The notes under the pieces were generated by a model that made no database searches, was not told the DNA's origin, and worked only from the letters and a program-made list of their open reading frames with translations. Below are positions 26,841 through 38,729 of a DNA stretch of 64,000 nt, one piece after another. The stretch lies in assembly GCA_004764695.1 (NCBI GenBank), contig SMSO01000004.1:2258397-2322396 (forward strand), written 5' to 3'. Numbering within the stretch: the stretch's first letter is position 1; each line of letters begins with the position of its first letter. The DNA is from Schizochytrium sp. TIO01 (lineage: Eukaryota > Protista > Bigyra: Labyrinthulomycetes). A program made the translations under genes and the position numbers.

Positions 26841-27085
26841 TTTCCTCCTGCACTGATCAGCTCCTGGTTTCCGCAGTAGGCAGCGCAAACTCCCGATAGG
26901 TTTTTGGAGTCTAGGTTTCTACAAGTTTAATGTATCTCACTATTTCTGATTTTTAGACCGAGCCAAGTCCGCTGCTCGTCCGCTTGGGAAAAGAATTATA
27001 ACTACTGTTAATGTCTTTTTCCGTCCTTGCGTTTTTCAATAGTACTGTAATATATGATGACTTTTAGTCTACTGTTTACTATATA

Positions 27086-27164
27086 GCTGTGATGGCCGAG
27101 CGGTTAAGGCGCCACGTTCAGGTCGTGGTCCGAAAGGGCGTGGGTTCGAGTCCCACTCACAGTA
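27086..27164 (+). tRNA. tRNA-Leu(CAG)
   Basis: Cloverleaf: acceptor GCTGTGA/TCACAGT, anticodon arm CCACG-TTCAGGT-CGTGG, long variable arm, GGTTCGAGTCC, downstream T run. Confidence 0.95.
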
Positions 27165-27312
27165 CATTATTTTTGATTTTTTTTAACCTCCCAACCTTCG
27201 TGCTACTATCACTATCTCACTGTAGATTCTGTCCTTTTGTTTTTCCATATAGGCTCAGTCTAGTTTTACTAAACGGTTTTATAAGTAAGCATAGGGCTAT
27301 GACAATCATCTT

Positions 27313-27391
27313 GCTGTGATGGCCGAGCGGTTAAGGCGCCACGTTCAGGTCGTGGTCCGAAAGGGCGTGGGTTCGAGTCCCACTCACAGTA
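27313..27391 (+). tRNA. tRNA-Leu(CAG), identical second copy
   Basis: Same 79-nt sequence as 27086-27164, with different flanks. Confidence 0.95.
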
Positions 27392-27739
27392 TTGTTTTTT
27401 AATTATTTTTTTTTCTCGGATATGCTTTGTTTTTTTAATTAAAAAAATAATAGGATTTAACATTTTTGAGTTGACTCTGGTAGAGGAACCGGATTGCCTC
27501 AATTTTAATATCTGTCAGGGGAGGGGGGGTATCTAACAAAATGATGAATCTTCTCCCTTTCACCAGGGATAACAAAACATTTGATTAACGAAGGAGTACT
27601 AGGACAATAATTTGTATCTGTAAACTTTTTGTCATTCAAGGAGTGAGAACTTTCATACAAGCTCAACGCAAGTGGATAAAGAAAATCGAGTATAGTTTTG
27701 AGAGCCCATTAACTATACTCCTGGGGAGAGAATATAGGA

Positions 27740-28760
27740 GAGAACAGGCGAAAATATTGGGGTTAATTCTATCTCTCCTCACGAAAACATTGTGTTGGCG
27801 AGGTTTCTGATATGCATTTTATAAATTAAATCGCTTTGACTGCGGGATGTGAGATGACATTTAGCTTCAAATCTAAAAGCCTTTATGATTTTTCTGGTTT
27901 TTAGCAAGAACACACAGTGATGAATCTTCTCTACTTCCACTGAAAATAAATAAGTCTACTGCCACTGGGTCTCCTCACAAGGTATATACAAGAGAGCTTT
28001 ATAATAACAATCGTTATATTTGTATATTTAAATCGCAAAGAAACTAATACCAGAGAATTCTCAACAATTCGCGAACTTTGGCAAAACTACCCAGGTTGCT
28101 GCGCTTGGACCAATCAAAATGACACAATATTAGACAAGTGAATGAAAAGCATTTCGGATAGAAAAGTATTTCCTGGTTTTGAGATATTGCCTTTAAGAAT
28201 TAATATTTCATAAATAAATAATCAATCAAGGAAAGTATTGCAGGATAGCTTGTGCTGTGAAGCATGCAGAGGTAGTCTGACAAGGATGGTGAACTCAGGA
28301 GAAAGAGAAAGAGGATGATATATGAGTTATTGGGATTTCGAGTCTGGATACAGGCAGGGATGAATGTATGATGTCGTTGGACAGGAGAGCTAGGTTAGGT
28401 TAGGTTAGGTTATGTTAGGCAGTAGCTGTATGTTTCTTCAATAGAAAGCAAGCAATTTTGAGCATATTCTCAAAACTTTTGGGACGAAGTAGGAGAAATG
28501 GTCTCAAGTTTAAAGTTACTCGATAACAACTAGTGCAAAACATCTACTCAGCCCATCCAAAAAAATGTTTGAGGTTTTTTCTTTAGTTGATTTAGCGTTT
28601 TAAGTATTTTGATAAAGGAACACCCTCCAAAATACTGAATCCTCTATAAATGGTGGGTTGGTTCACAGCAGCTTCTGAACTTCACTTGATTTGACTACAA
28701 TGTAGTCTCGGCCTCATTTTGACCTTTCTTTTTCATCAAGTAGCTGGAGTATCACCGTCA
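27740..28760 (+). repeat. Diverged non-coding direct repeat, copy 1 (contains a ~210-bp extra segment)
   Basis: Shares collinear blocks with 30712-31500: TTGTGTTGGCGA, GAAAGCAAGCAATTTTGAGCATATTCTCAAAA, GGAGAAATGGTCTCAAGTTTAA, CCAAAATACTGAATCCTCTATAAATGG. Ends approximate. Confidence 0.85.
28391..28419 (+). repeat. Interstitial telomeric repeat, ~6 x TTAGG
   Basis: taggttaggttaggttaggttatgttagg; same unit and orientation as the terminal array. Confidence 0.85.
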
Positions 28761-28874
28761 AGTCGTGGATGCTTGAGACGTTCTAAAAGTCTAGCAAAAA
28801 AAATTCTGGTTATCTGTACATTTGAAGGGTTGATTTACTCATCTCTTTTAGTTACTTCTTTTTTTGCTGATTGA

Positions 28875-30371
28875 CTATGTAATTGCCACTGATGTATTTG
28901 AATAAGCTTTCTCTTCATCTACTTGTTTACAATCGCTTTCTTTATGTAGTTGAGGTATACTGCCATCTGGCAAAGGTCTGCCCATTTGAGAGCATGATTC
29001 TTGAACATCATTTGCAGGTATATACCGTTCAGATAGCACTTGCAACAAAAATGTAAGCACCCCAGTACCAACCCCCAATAGGCCAGATGAAAAGACCTCT
29101 CCATGACTCCAGATACTATCTGCTATGAAAGCTCCTACAGCCCGGCCCAAAAAGTGGCACTGGTAATTCATGGCCAACATGGTCGTTCGTTGGTGATCAG
29201 GAACAAACGACTCTGCTAAAGCAATTTGTGCAACAAATGCGGCTTCTCCAGGTAAGTAAATAATGGCGGCAAGCGCAACACCAGCAGCATACGAATGCCG
29301 TGCAGCGAGAATAAACATTCCAATGGCTAGAGCGAAAAACAAGCTAGAGATTTTGATAGTAGCTGGAAGTCCAATGCGATCTGAGATAAAAATCACCCAC
29401 ATGTCTCCGGCCAGTTCTGCTGCACCAATAGCGAAGGTCGCTGCACCCATATTCTCGGCATTGACATTATAGTATTTTAAAGCCCAATCTGTGAAAGCAA
29501 GGAACATAAGATTGTGTCCTATATTCAACACCAGACTTGACAAATTGAACATTAGTGGGCCAATCGAAAACACACAAGCGTATATTGACGTAGTGCGAAA
29601 ATACGCCCAGCTAAGTTTGTTCATTTGAAATAGACCGCTTCTGCGTATTGTCGTTCTGCTTTGACGTTCACACGGGAGTGAGGATGCATTGTTATAATCT
29701 CTGCTCTCATTATGTTCAACAAGCTTGTTTTCGGATACCTCACCATTTCCATCGCGTCTGTTAATACGAAGGTCGTCAGGAAATTTATACCACAGTTCAA
29801 CGAAAATAGGAAGCATAAGCCCGCATAAGATACCCCACATTGTTCGCCATTCTGTATATTCATAGATGACACTGAGAATTGGGACAAGTGCAAGTGTTGC
29901 GAATGCCCACCCTGTCTCAGCTACTCCAGTTGCAAACCCGAGCTCGTTAGGGTCCGTTTGCTCCACGACTGCAGATTGAGTGGCGACCATGAATACTGTT
30001 GCGAACAAAGAGGAAATTATACGCGCGATAAAAAGAAGCGGGAGCGAGGGGGGACAGAGCACTAGGCACGAGAATATGAATACCATGGACCATGCGGCAA
30101 TCGCTAAGGCGCGATTCCCGTAGCGATCTCCGAGCGATCCCACAAGCCCAGCACCAACGCTGCTTAGCTCACCTGCAGCTAGAATATAGTTCATGTCTTT
30201 CTCTGCTACTCCCCAGTCTTGAGCTAAGAAGTTCTTCAAAGGATAGAGCACGCGAATGTTACCATAGAGCAGTACTCGAGTGAGCAAAGCCAAATAGACC
30301 AGTCTTGATGGCTTTTTCGTTCGAAGTGCTCGCAGCCCTGTCGAGCATTTGCTTGGGAAGGAAAAGGTCAT
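28875..30371 (-). CDS. Major facilitator superfamily transporter
   Basis: Motif A GSLGDRYGNR and its repeat ISDRIG; ~12 hydrophobic segments around a central loop. ATG 30371 inferred. Confidence 0.88.
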   Translation of the reverse strand: MTFSFPSKCSTGLRALRTKKPSRLVYLALLTRVLLYGNIRVLYPLKNFLAQDWGVAEKDMNYILAAGELSSVGAGLVGSLGDRYGNRALAIAAWSMVFIFSCLVLCPPSLPLLFIARIISSLFATVFMVATQSAVVEQTDPNELGFATGVAETGWAFATLALVPILSVIYEYTEWRTMWGILCGLMLPIFVELWYKFPDDLRINRRDGNGEVSENKLVEHNESRDYNNASSLPCERQSRTTIRRSGLFQMNKLSWAYFRTTSIYACVFSIGPLMFNLSSLVLNIGHNLMFLAFTDWALKYYNVNAENMGAATFAIGAAELAGDMWVIFISDRIGLPATIKISSLFFALAIGMFILAARHSYAAGVALAAIIYLPGEAAFVAQIALAESFVPDHQRTTMLAMNYQCHFLGRAVGAFIADSIWSHGEVFSSGLLGVGTGVLTFLLQVLSERYIPANDVQESCSQMGRPLPDGSIPQLHKESDCKQVDEEKAYSNTSVAIT

Positions 30372-30711
30372 CTTTAAGCAACACACTAGGTAAAGAGACC
30401 TCTCCCAAGGCTGGGCCTTCAAGAGAATAGACTCTCCAGTGTTATAAACCTCTCGTTGCTGCTGGGCATAGGGTGTAAAACAGCGTCAGCAAGGGACCAA
30501 CCAAGTGTCCGAGAAAGGAGGATTGGCGTTTGTCAAAATTAAATTATGAAGTAAGATGTACCTAGGTACCACATAGGCACTACACAGGTTCTAGCAACCA
30601 ACTAATCAGAGGCTACTCCTATCAAATCAACCCTTTGACTTGGGTAAAAAATAATGTCAAAACACAACCACTACTGCTTAACTAGAAAAGCGGATGGGAG
30701 CGAGACCATAC

Positions 30712-31500
30712 AAGACAATAGGCAAAAGTCGAGGCAAAATCCTATATTTCCCCATGAAAATGTTGTGTTGGCGAATTTTCTGATGTGTACTTTATGAAAT
30801 ATATTGCTTCAGCTGTGGTGGGCATTAAGCTATAAATCTAAATTCTTCTTGAATTTTGTTGCTGATTTTGACCAGAACACAAAGTGATGACTCCCATCTA
30901 GTAATGCTTCCACGATAAATACTATTTAAGGGTAGGTACCATCGCTGGGTCTTCTCACAAAGTAGTTTAATGGAATGACACATAATATATAAATGCAATT
31001 ATTTATAAGCGCATACCAGACTATTGTTTACAACTTGAGAACCTTGCACAGGTTTTTCCACTTAAACAATCGAAAGAATGAGATATTTAGATAAGTAAGT
31101 GAATGGAGGAGACTTTGAATAAAGGCTATTTCATGGTTTCAGATATTGGCTTAAAGATTTTGTTACCTCAAAGGAAAAAAACTGATTCAGGAAAGCAAGC
31201 AATTTTGAGCATATTCTCAAAAGTTTTTGGACACAGATGGAGAAATGGTCTCAAGTTTAATGTTATTCGATAACAACTAGGGCAGACTATCTACATCTTA
31301 CCTACTCAAACCATCCAAAATGATTATTTGCAGTTTTTGCCTTAGGACTTATAAGCATTTTGCACCCCCCAAAATACTGAATCCTCTATAAATGGCCAGG
31401 TGATTTACAGCAGCTTCGGAACTTCAGTTGGTGTGAATACGATGTAGTCGCAGCCCCGTTTTGAGCTTTTATTTGCAACCCGAGTACCTGCAGCACCACC
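30712..31500 (+). repeat. Diverged non-coding direct repeat, copy 2
   Basis: See copy 1 at 27740-28760. Confidence 0.85.
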
Positions 31501-34209
31501 AGTACGTATCCTCGAATAAAGAGTTCGGAAAATGAAAGATCATATTTAGCAAACATTAAAATGATATGAAGTGAGGCTCGTATGCATCGTTCTTGCGAAC
31601 AGATTGGAGTCGATAGACTGGCTATGAGTGAGGTTTGCAGAAGAAAAGCTGGGGAATTTTGTTTGTAGGCTTAATTCGTGGATTTATTAATTGAATACCA
31701 ACCGCAGAGTCTGGAAACCCAATGAATTCAGAAGTGTCATTATTTTGCTCATGAATTCTACATAGCAAATCCCAAGTTAGGAGAAGTAAGTTAACGTAAA
31801 GCTGAGTGGTTCTGTTAGAACATCGCATGTTTGAGCAAACTAGCCAGGCCAAACTATCAAGTTGAAATGTTTGCAGATATATCGTGTAGAAATTGTCAGA
31901 ATTTAGCCCGCAAATGTGAGGCCTCATGGCTACAATTGTCCCAAAATTCAAATCAATTGAAAGTATTTCAACACTTGAATTTTATATGATTTATATCTGC
32001 TTCATCATTTTTAAAAAAAACGGGGAAAAAAAGGAGTAAAACTTTGACTTCTAATAGTGATATTCTTTCTAATATTTTGAATCTATTGTTGCCATTATTT
32101 ATTCGTTGTTTGTTCATTTCGAAGTAATCAAAATCAAATCCTTAAATTTGAGTATGACTATGCCATTTTGATCGCTAGGGTGGGGATTCTCCTATTCCTT
32201 TCCCCTCTAAAAGCTAATACGACACGATCTATCTAGAGGGATAACTTCCAGTTTACAAAGCCACTTCTTCCTACAATTGAAGTGCTGCGAGCTTTGCGAA
32301 CAGGACTATACAATGGATTGTATAGGGCGTCGTCTGCCAAAATGCATATCCACTTTCTTCTGATACCTAGAGGTAGTTGGTATTGTAGTACTTTCTAGCA
32401 AGTCTTTCAGAGTATGGACGCATACATGTTTGTCACACGGATGAACGAACGCTCTATACCTCGATACTTGCATGGAAGTGTTTTAATAGACATTGCAGCA
32501 GTCCTTCTATATACTTTGAACCGGATTATTGAATGTCTTGTCCGAGATTAAGAATAAATGAGGTTGTAACAAATTTCTATCTAACTTCATTACAGATAAG
32601 AGCCGTCACCCTCAGCCGGCTGCTCCATCCTCCATATCACAGCGCTCTATTTGCCTTCTTAGGTTGTATTTCTTTCTGCCATGAGAACACAGCAACAACA
32701 AAAAAATATATTGTGTAAACACCAATTTCTCCTGAAAGTATTTGATGAACTTGAATGAGAAAGGTTATGCTTGTGCATAACTAGGCGCGGATAGGCTGGC
32801 ACAAACCTAGATTGCAGAGTTAAATACTGATAATTAAGAGGTGTCTTTCTAGATTTGGATGTCTCAAGTTGATTTCAGCTCCTGAAGGTTCCTAGCGCTA
32901 AAAGTGCGTACAGAATATTGCATGCGGAGTCAAAAGATTCAACTTTGGGTGCCTTGGTAAACAAATTGATAGCCGAGAATAACTTTCACCATTATATATA
33001 TTAATCTTTTAGAGACTCAACGGCGATTTAAAATAGTTGCTTCTTTTCCCTCGGACGCTGCAGGCTCGACAAAAGTAACAACATGCAATAAGCACCATGG
33101 TAACAAAAAGCCGCGCTATAGAGCGCAAATAATCCATTTTTACATAACGCCTCTGAGTGAGTTGGTATAATTTAGACCTCACCTCTTGCTAGTTAGTATT
33201 GACCTGGCACGAAGTTGATAATGAGATGATAAAATATGCACCATGATGTGTATGCTTTCTTCGAAGAACGCATGGCATGCTTCTTTAACTACTAGAACCA
33301 GGACTGCGCAGCTTCAACTTTCAGGAATTACGCAATACAGTCCTGCCACAGTCGATATGTCATAATCCTGAAACTGACAAACTCTTTTTCTGTTTCCTTT
33401 TTTCAGCAATTGATTTAAGCCACAGAACGTCATCCACTATTGTCTCCCTTTAATACACTTACTATGAGTTTAAATACATGTTAGTTCACTTTTATCCCAA
33501 GTTTTCTTCTAGGCCTACTCACTTTTTCTTTTTTTTTCTCTCTCTTTTTCTTTTCTGGGGGAAAGATCCGTTTATGAAAACGGAAGCCAACTTGTCTATT
33601 TGAAAATGGTTACCAAAAGTCGCCGTACTAGGGATGGGAGAGGCATTAGACACTCCAATCGAAGATTTTGAAATAATGAAATATCACTATCCTCATATTG
33701 GTATGGCGATAGGCTGAACCTCTGTTTGTATTACATTTACAAAGTATAAGAATATATATGCAAAGTACAAGTAAATCTTGTTGAAGTACAGTATTAAGCC
33801 TGCCCCGCCTGTACCTCGTGCGAGCTGCTCTTCGTAGACGGAGTAACACAATATTGAATTCCTCTTATACTTTTTGTATTTCACTGCCAAGAACACCATT
33901 GGTCTATTGCGTAAAGCAGAGATACCACTCAGGTCTCTCCATAAGAGAATACCATACTTTTTTTAATTAAAGAGTTTTGTTTTGTTTTTGCTTTTGTTGG
34001 AGCGCGGAACTTACCTTGCCATACATCACACACCGGGAGCTGGATAAATTGATTTATATAACTGTTTAGTCGAAAGACTTTCCACTACTCCCCATCTCGG
34101 CAGATTGTCTTTGAAATGCGATTTACTACATGTGCGTGAACATTTAGCGCATAGATTTGCCAGCAAACCTGAAAGGTAATCAATCAATCAATCAAAACAC
34201 TCTCAAACC

Positions 34210-37200
34210 ATGCGAGCCCCTCAGAGATGGTTTGCCCCTACTCTTGCTGCTCTAGTAGCGATAATTTACATGGTAAAGGCTGACAAACCTGCTGAAGGCC
34301 TTGCTCAGAATCTAGCAACTGATTTTGAAACTGCAGCATCTATAGATAGCCGGAAACTCTTTACATTGGCTGCGAATGGTCCCGGAAAGGGCGGTCATAG
34401 AGTTGTGAAAGACCGAAAACTATCGTCATCCAAAAATAACAACAACAATGGCAACAACAATGGCAACAACAATGGCAACAACAATGGCAACAACAATGGC
34501 AACAACAATGGCAACAACAATGGCAACAACAATGGCAATAAAAAGTCACCCACGCCAAGACCCACGCCAAAACCTACGGAACTTCCAACCACAAGCCCAA
34601 CCTCCCTAAGCCCAACGCAAAGCCCGACTCAAAGCCCAACCAAGCTTTTTACAAGTGGTTCATACAATGCTGATCTCTGCAACTGCAATAATGCTACAAT
34701 CAGAATTAGATGTGACAATAAGCTTCAGTTCCGCCAATACGAATTGACGGATGACGCTTATGTCGAAGAGCCTAGCGAACGCACTGGTGATTGGGATTTG
34801 GAGAACTGGCGAGAGACGTTCACTACAGTTGTCGATCTTTCTGGTAAGACCCATTTGGAATTCGAATGCAAAGATGTTTCCGATGTCGGAGGCTTTGTGG
34901 CAGAAATTGAGGCTTGCGGATACCGGTTCATCACAGATGAAAGTGTTACTATTGAAAGTGACCCCAGCCCATATGAATGGTTTATCAACCCTGACAAGTC
35001 TGACTCCTCATCTTCAACCCTTGTTTACGAGGCTATGGGCTCTGGTAAGTGGGGAAGTACTGGCAGCGGACTCAAAGATGAAGATACATTTTGGGTTTGG
35101 AATGACAACAACCTCAATACCATGACATTTGGTTTCAATTTGGAATGCCCTAGTGATGAGTGCACCTCTGCAACAATTAAGGCTCGGTGTGACAATTATC
35201 TGCAATTTCGACAATACGAATTGTCCGACGACAGCTTATTTGTGGAATTAGCGAGCGATCGTACAGGAGAATGGGACATCACAGAATGGGAAAACACATT
35301 CACTAAAACTATCAATTTGACTGATAACACACATCTTGAATTCGAATGTAAAGATGACGGTTCTACTGGAGGCTTTCAAGCCGTGATTGATGCATGTGGA
35401 ACACGATATTTAACGAACGGATCCACAGTAATTAATGCAAACCCTGATTCTTTAGAGTGGTACATCGAACCAACTCTAACAGATGCATCTTCAAAAGATT
35501 TAGTGTATACTCAGAATGGTAACGGTGGCTGGGGTCTACCAGCTGAGGGTCTGACTGATACAGATGTATACTGGGTGTGGAACGGGGAGACTTATAACAC
35601 GATGACATTTGCCTTTAACTTCGGACGGGCTCGCTATTTTACAAATGCTCCAACAACTCCTTCGCCCACTGATGCACCTACGAACGCTCCAACAACTCCT
35701 TCGCCTACGAATGCACCTACGAATGCTCCAACAACTCCTTCGCCCACTGATGCACCTACGAATGCTCCAACAACTCCTTCGCCCACTGATGCACCTACGA
35801 ATGCTCCAACAACTCCTTCGCCTACGAATGCACCTACGAATGCTCCAACAACTCCTTCGCCTACGAATGCACCTACGAATGCTCCAACAACTCCTTCGCC
35901 TACGAATGCACCAACGAACGCTCCAACAACTCCTTCGCCTACGAATGCACCTACGAATGCTCCAACAACTCCTTCGCCCACTGATGCACCTACGAATGCT
36001 CCAACAACTCCTTCGCCCACTGATGCACCTACGAATGCTCCAACAACTCCTTCGCCTACGAATGCACCTACGAATGCTCCAACAACTCCTTCGCCTACGA
36101 ATGCACCTACGAATGCTCCAACAACTCCTTCGCCTACGAATGCACCTACGAATGCTCCAACAACTCCTTCGCCCACTGATGCACCTACAGAAGTGCGAGT
36201 ATCGGAGACTGACACGAATTCTCCAACTTCAGCTCCAACACTTGCAAGATGTGATATCACCAAAGTTCAACTGTCCGGTGGTAAAACACTGTCAACTGAA
36301 AAAGGGGTCGGGAGTATTGATGCTTGCCGTGAGCTTTGTATCGGCGTAGATCAATGTACGGGCTATTCGTGGAACTCAAAGAGCAAGGTATGCTTGCTCA
36401 AATCTGGGACTTTTAAGCTGAAGAAAAACAAGAAATCAATCGCAGGCACCTTTGTTTGCCCTTCGCCAAGTTCTTGTTATTCACAATTCTACATGTACAA
36501 TGGAGCGTCTCTCCTTAAGACAGGTAACATCGCCTCCGTAGAAGAGTGCGCAGAGATTTGTTACAGTACTTCTAGTTGTGTAGCTTGGGTATATCAAGCA
36601 AGTAAAGAAATGTGCTCTCTTCGTAAGAGCGCTGGTAAGAAAAAATCTACAACTGCTGATTTCATCACTGGTCTTACGGCAGGGTGTACTCCAACCGCAT
36701 CTCCTACCTCCTCTCCCACTGAAGACTCTTCTTCAACTTCTGATGACGGCACCATAGCACCCACTGCGGCACCAACACTCAATTCATATGGGTTTTCTGT
36801 CATCCCGTGTGGCCCAAAGGTCAATGATGTATTGTTCATTTTGGACTCTTCTGGTTCCGTGAGCAGTACAGAATGGGCCCAGTTAACAGAGTTTATCCAG
36901 GCTCTCGGAAGTGCGTTTCAGGTCGGTTCTACTAGCTCGGACTCTCGCCTGGCAGCTGTTCGTTTTGCCAGTAGTGTGACTACTTTGTGGGATTTTGATT
37001 CAACGATTGCTACTTCACAAAGTCTGTTTCAAACTACCATGGAGACAGTACCCAGAGTGAGCTCTGGCACTGGTACTGGCGGTGCGTTAATCAGGGCACA
37101 GAAAATCTTTGCGAACACCGAAATTCGTTCTGGACTTGATCGAAGGGTCGCAATTATTCTTACAGATGGAAATCCCACCAAAAATACCGATTGCAAGGCT

Positions 37201-37446
37201 AACGGGTACCCGAAGAACCCCAAAACGTGTGCCAAGAAGGCAGCTGCAGATTTACGTAAGGGTGCTGACGGGATTCTTGGAACCGATGATGACGTATATC
37301 TGGTTTTTGTGCGCATAGGAAACGGAGTCAATGCCGCAGCATTTGGATCGGTCGAGGACCTCCAAGTTCAAGCAGATGCAGATGGTCTGATGTCAATTTC
37401 TGATGAAATCATCTCTGACGTGTGTGACATTGACTCTTCATCCTAA
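34210..37446 (+). CDS. Secreted adhesin-like protein: signal peptide, (NNNG)n, two tandem ~155-aa domains, PTNAPTTPS stalk, two PAN/apple domains, C-terminal vWA
   Basis: Hydrophobic N-terminus; duplicated CDN..FECKD..GGF..WVWN module; PAN cysteine pattern (C-x3-C...C...C-x-L-K/R) twice; vWA MIDAS ILDSSGS and ILTDG. Confidence 0.88.
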   Translation: MRAPQRWFAPTLAALVAIIYMVKADKPAEGLAQNLATDFETAASIDSRKLFTLAANGPGKGGHRVVKDRKLSSSKNNNNNGNNNGNNNGNNNGNNNGNNNGNNNGNNNGNKKSPTPRPTPKPTELPTTSPTSLSPTQSPTQSPTKLFTSGSYNADLCNCNNATIRIRCDNKLQFRQYELTDDAYVEEPSERTGDWDLENWRETFTTVVDLSGKTHLEFECKDVSDVGGFVAEIEACGYRFITDESVTIESDPSPYEWFINPDKSDSSSSTLVYEAMGSGKWGSTGSGLKDEDTFWVWNDNNLNTMTFGFNLECPSDECTSATIKARCDNYLQFRQYELSDDSLFVELASDRTGEWDITEWENTFTKTINLTDNTHLEFECKDDGSTGGFQAVIDACGTRYLTNGSTVINANPDSLEWYIEPTLTDASSKDLVYTQNGNGGWGLPAEGLTDTDVYWVWNGETYNTMTFAFNFGRARYFTNAPTTPSPTDAPTNAPTTPSPTNAPTNAPTTPSPTDAPTNAPTTPSPTDAPTNAPTTPSPTNAPTNAPTTPSPTNAPTNAPTTPSPTNAPTNAPTTPSPTNAPTNAPTTPSPTDAPTNAPTTPSPTDAPTNAPTTPSPTNAPTNAPTTPSPTNAPTNAPTTPSPTNAPTNAPTTPSPTDAPTEVRVSETDTNSPTSAPTLARCDITKVQLSGGKTLSTEKGVGSIDACRELCIGVDQCTGYSWNSKSKVCLLKSGTFKLKKNKKSIAGTFVCPSPSSCYSQFYMYNGASLLKTGNIASVEECAEICYSTSSCVAWVYQASKEMCSLRKSAGKKKSTTADFITGLTAGCTPTASPTSSPTEDSSSTSDDGTIAPTAAPTLNSYGFSVIPCGPKVNDVLFILDSSGSVSSTEWAQLTEFIQALGSAFQVGSTSSDSRLAAVRFASSVTTLWDFDSTIATSQSLFQTTMETVPRVSSGTGTGGALIRAQKIFANTEIRSGLDRRVAIILTDGNPTKNTDCKANGYPKNPKTCAKKAAADLRKGADGILGTDDDVYLVFVRIGNGVNAAAFGSVEDLQVQADADGLMSISDEIISDVCDIDSSS
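35641..36190 (+). repeat. Coding 27-bp tandem repeat (~20 x PT[N/D]APTTPS-type unit)
   Basis: Visible in both DNA and translation. Confidence 0.9.
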
Positions 37447-37725
37447 ACAGAAAACATTAAACCTAAAGTATATCTACTCTAATTTTGTTTTGTTTTTTCT
37501 GAAAACAGGGAAAGCCTCTTTGAGAATCCATCAAACCAATACTGCAAAGTTATTCCAAAGAAATTTACTCTTGACACTGGTCACGTTGATTACCTCACGA
37601 ATTTGACTCACTTTATGATCAAATATCTCCCTTCTTCACATATACACTTACCTTTGTAAAAAGTTTACATTCCAATTTCATGTATATATTGTTCATTACT
37701 ATCAAGAAATGATATCTGGTCAGAT

Positions 37726-37796
37726 GCGTCAGTGGTTTAGTGGTAAAATAGCTGTTTGCCATGCGGCTGCCCCGGGTTCGATTCCCGGCTGACGCT
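37726..37796 (+). tRNA. tRNA-Gly(GCC)
   Basis: Acceptor GCGTCAG/CTGACGC, anticodon loop TTGCCAT, T arm CCGGG-TTCGATT-CCCGG, downstream T run. Confidence 0.93.
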
Positions 37797-38610
37797 TTCT
37801 TTTTTAGAGGAGTTAAAAAAAAACTCTTTTTATTTTTATAAAAATCTGACAGTACTAGGATATATTAAGTAGGTACACTATCATAGTAGTAAATATGCAG
37901 TAGTACTTCTCCAAAGTACTACTACGTCTCTAAATGGAAAGTGTGGAGGACTAATCCATCGAGTCCCTATTCCTTTCCTGGGAACAAAACAAAGGAGGAA
38001 CGAAATTCAGAAATGATCAAACTTTCTTCATTTGTCTTGGGCAGGTAGAACCCTTACTTTCGCTAGCTTTCTATACCTCTCAAAGCTCAGGAGCAGGGAA
38101 GCAAGTGCAGTGTTGTCTTGACAATTAATTGAAGTACAACAGCTAAATATGTACATAGGTATGTATCTATAAGTAGAATGGTCACAATCCCACTCCCTAG
38201 ACCTGGACAAGATGGACCTTGTCAGCAGTTCCTGAATGTTAATGCTAACCATTCTTTTCCTTCATTCCTCTATCTACGCTATCTCTTGGTGAACGCCTCA
38301 CCCTAATTTGCCATAAAATTGCAGAATGCAAAGAAAGTTCTTTGCATCTTAAAGAAGCGTCTGCGACCACCTCATTGTCACTCTAGTCGATCTGCATACA
38401 AAATGGTGATCGGAATGCAAACTTTGCCCTGCGCACAAGTGATTTCGTCGATGAAAATAAGTACTGCAGCTTCCACGAGGGAACAAGCTCAATGACGTAT
38501 ATCATTAGCATGCGTTCAAGGAGGTTTAGACTCTGCACAATGATGTTGCCTGTTTTTTAGTTGTTCGAAAGGGAAAAAAAATAAAGAGGAAAAAAAAAAA
38601 GGAGGAAAAA

Positions 38611-38729
38611 AACATTCAACACCGGGGCTTCGCATGCAGTCCCCTATCATACTACTGACCCGGCCCTACGCGACTTTACTTCTCAGTGCGAATGAGATGA
38701 GATGTTACCCGCGTGGTATGATCGAATGT
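38611..38729 (-). rRNA. 5S rRNA
   Basis: 119 nt, ACATTCGATCATACCAC...AGTAGTATGATAGGGGAC...GTTGAATGTT; the ends pair as helix I and are followed by an oligo-T terminator. Confidence 0.88.

Noticed and set aside
35609-36349. Alternative-frame repeat ORFs (MLQQLLR.., VGAFVGEG..)
   Set aside because: Other frames of the 27-bp coding repeat.
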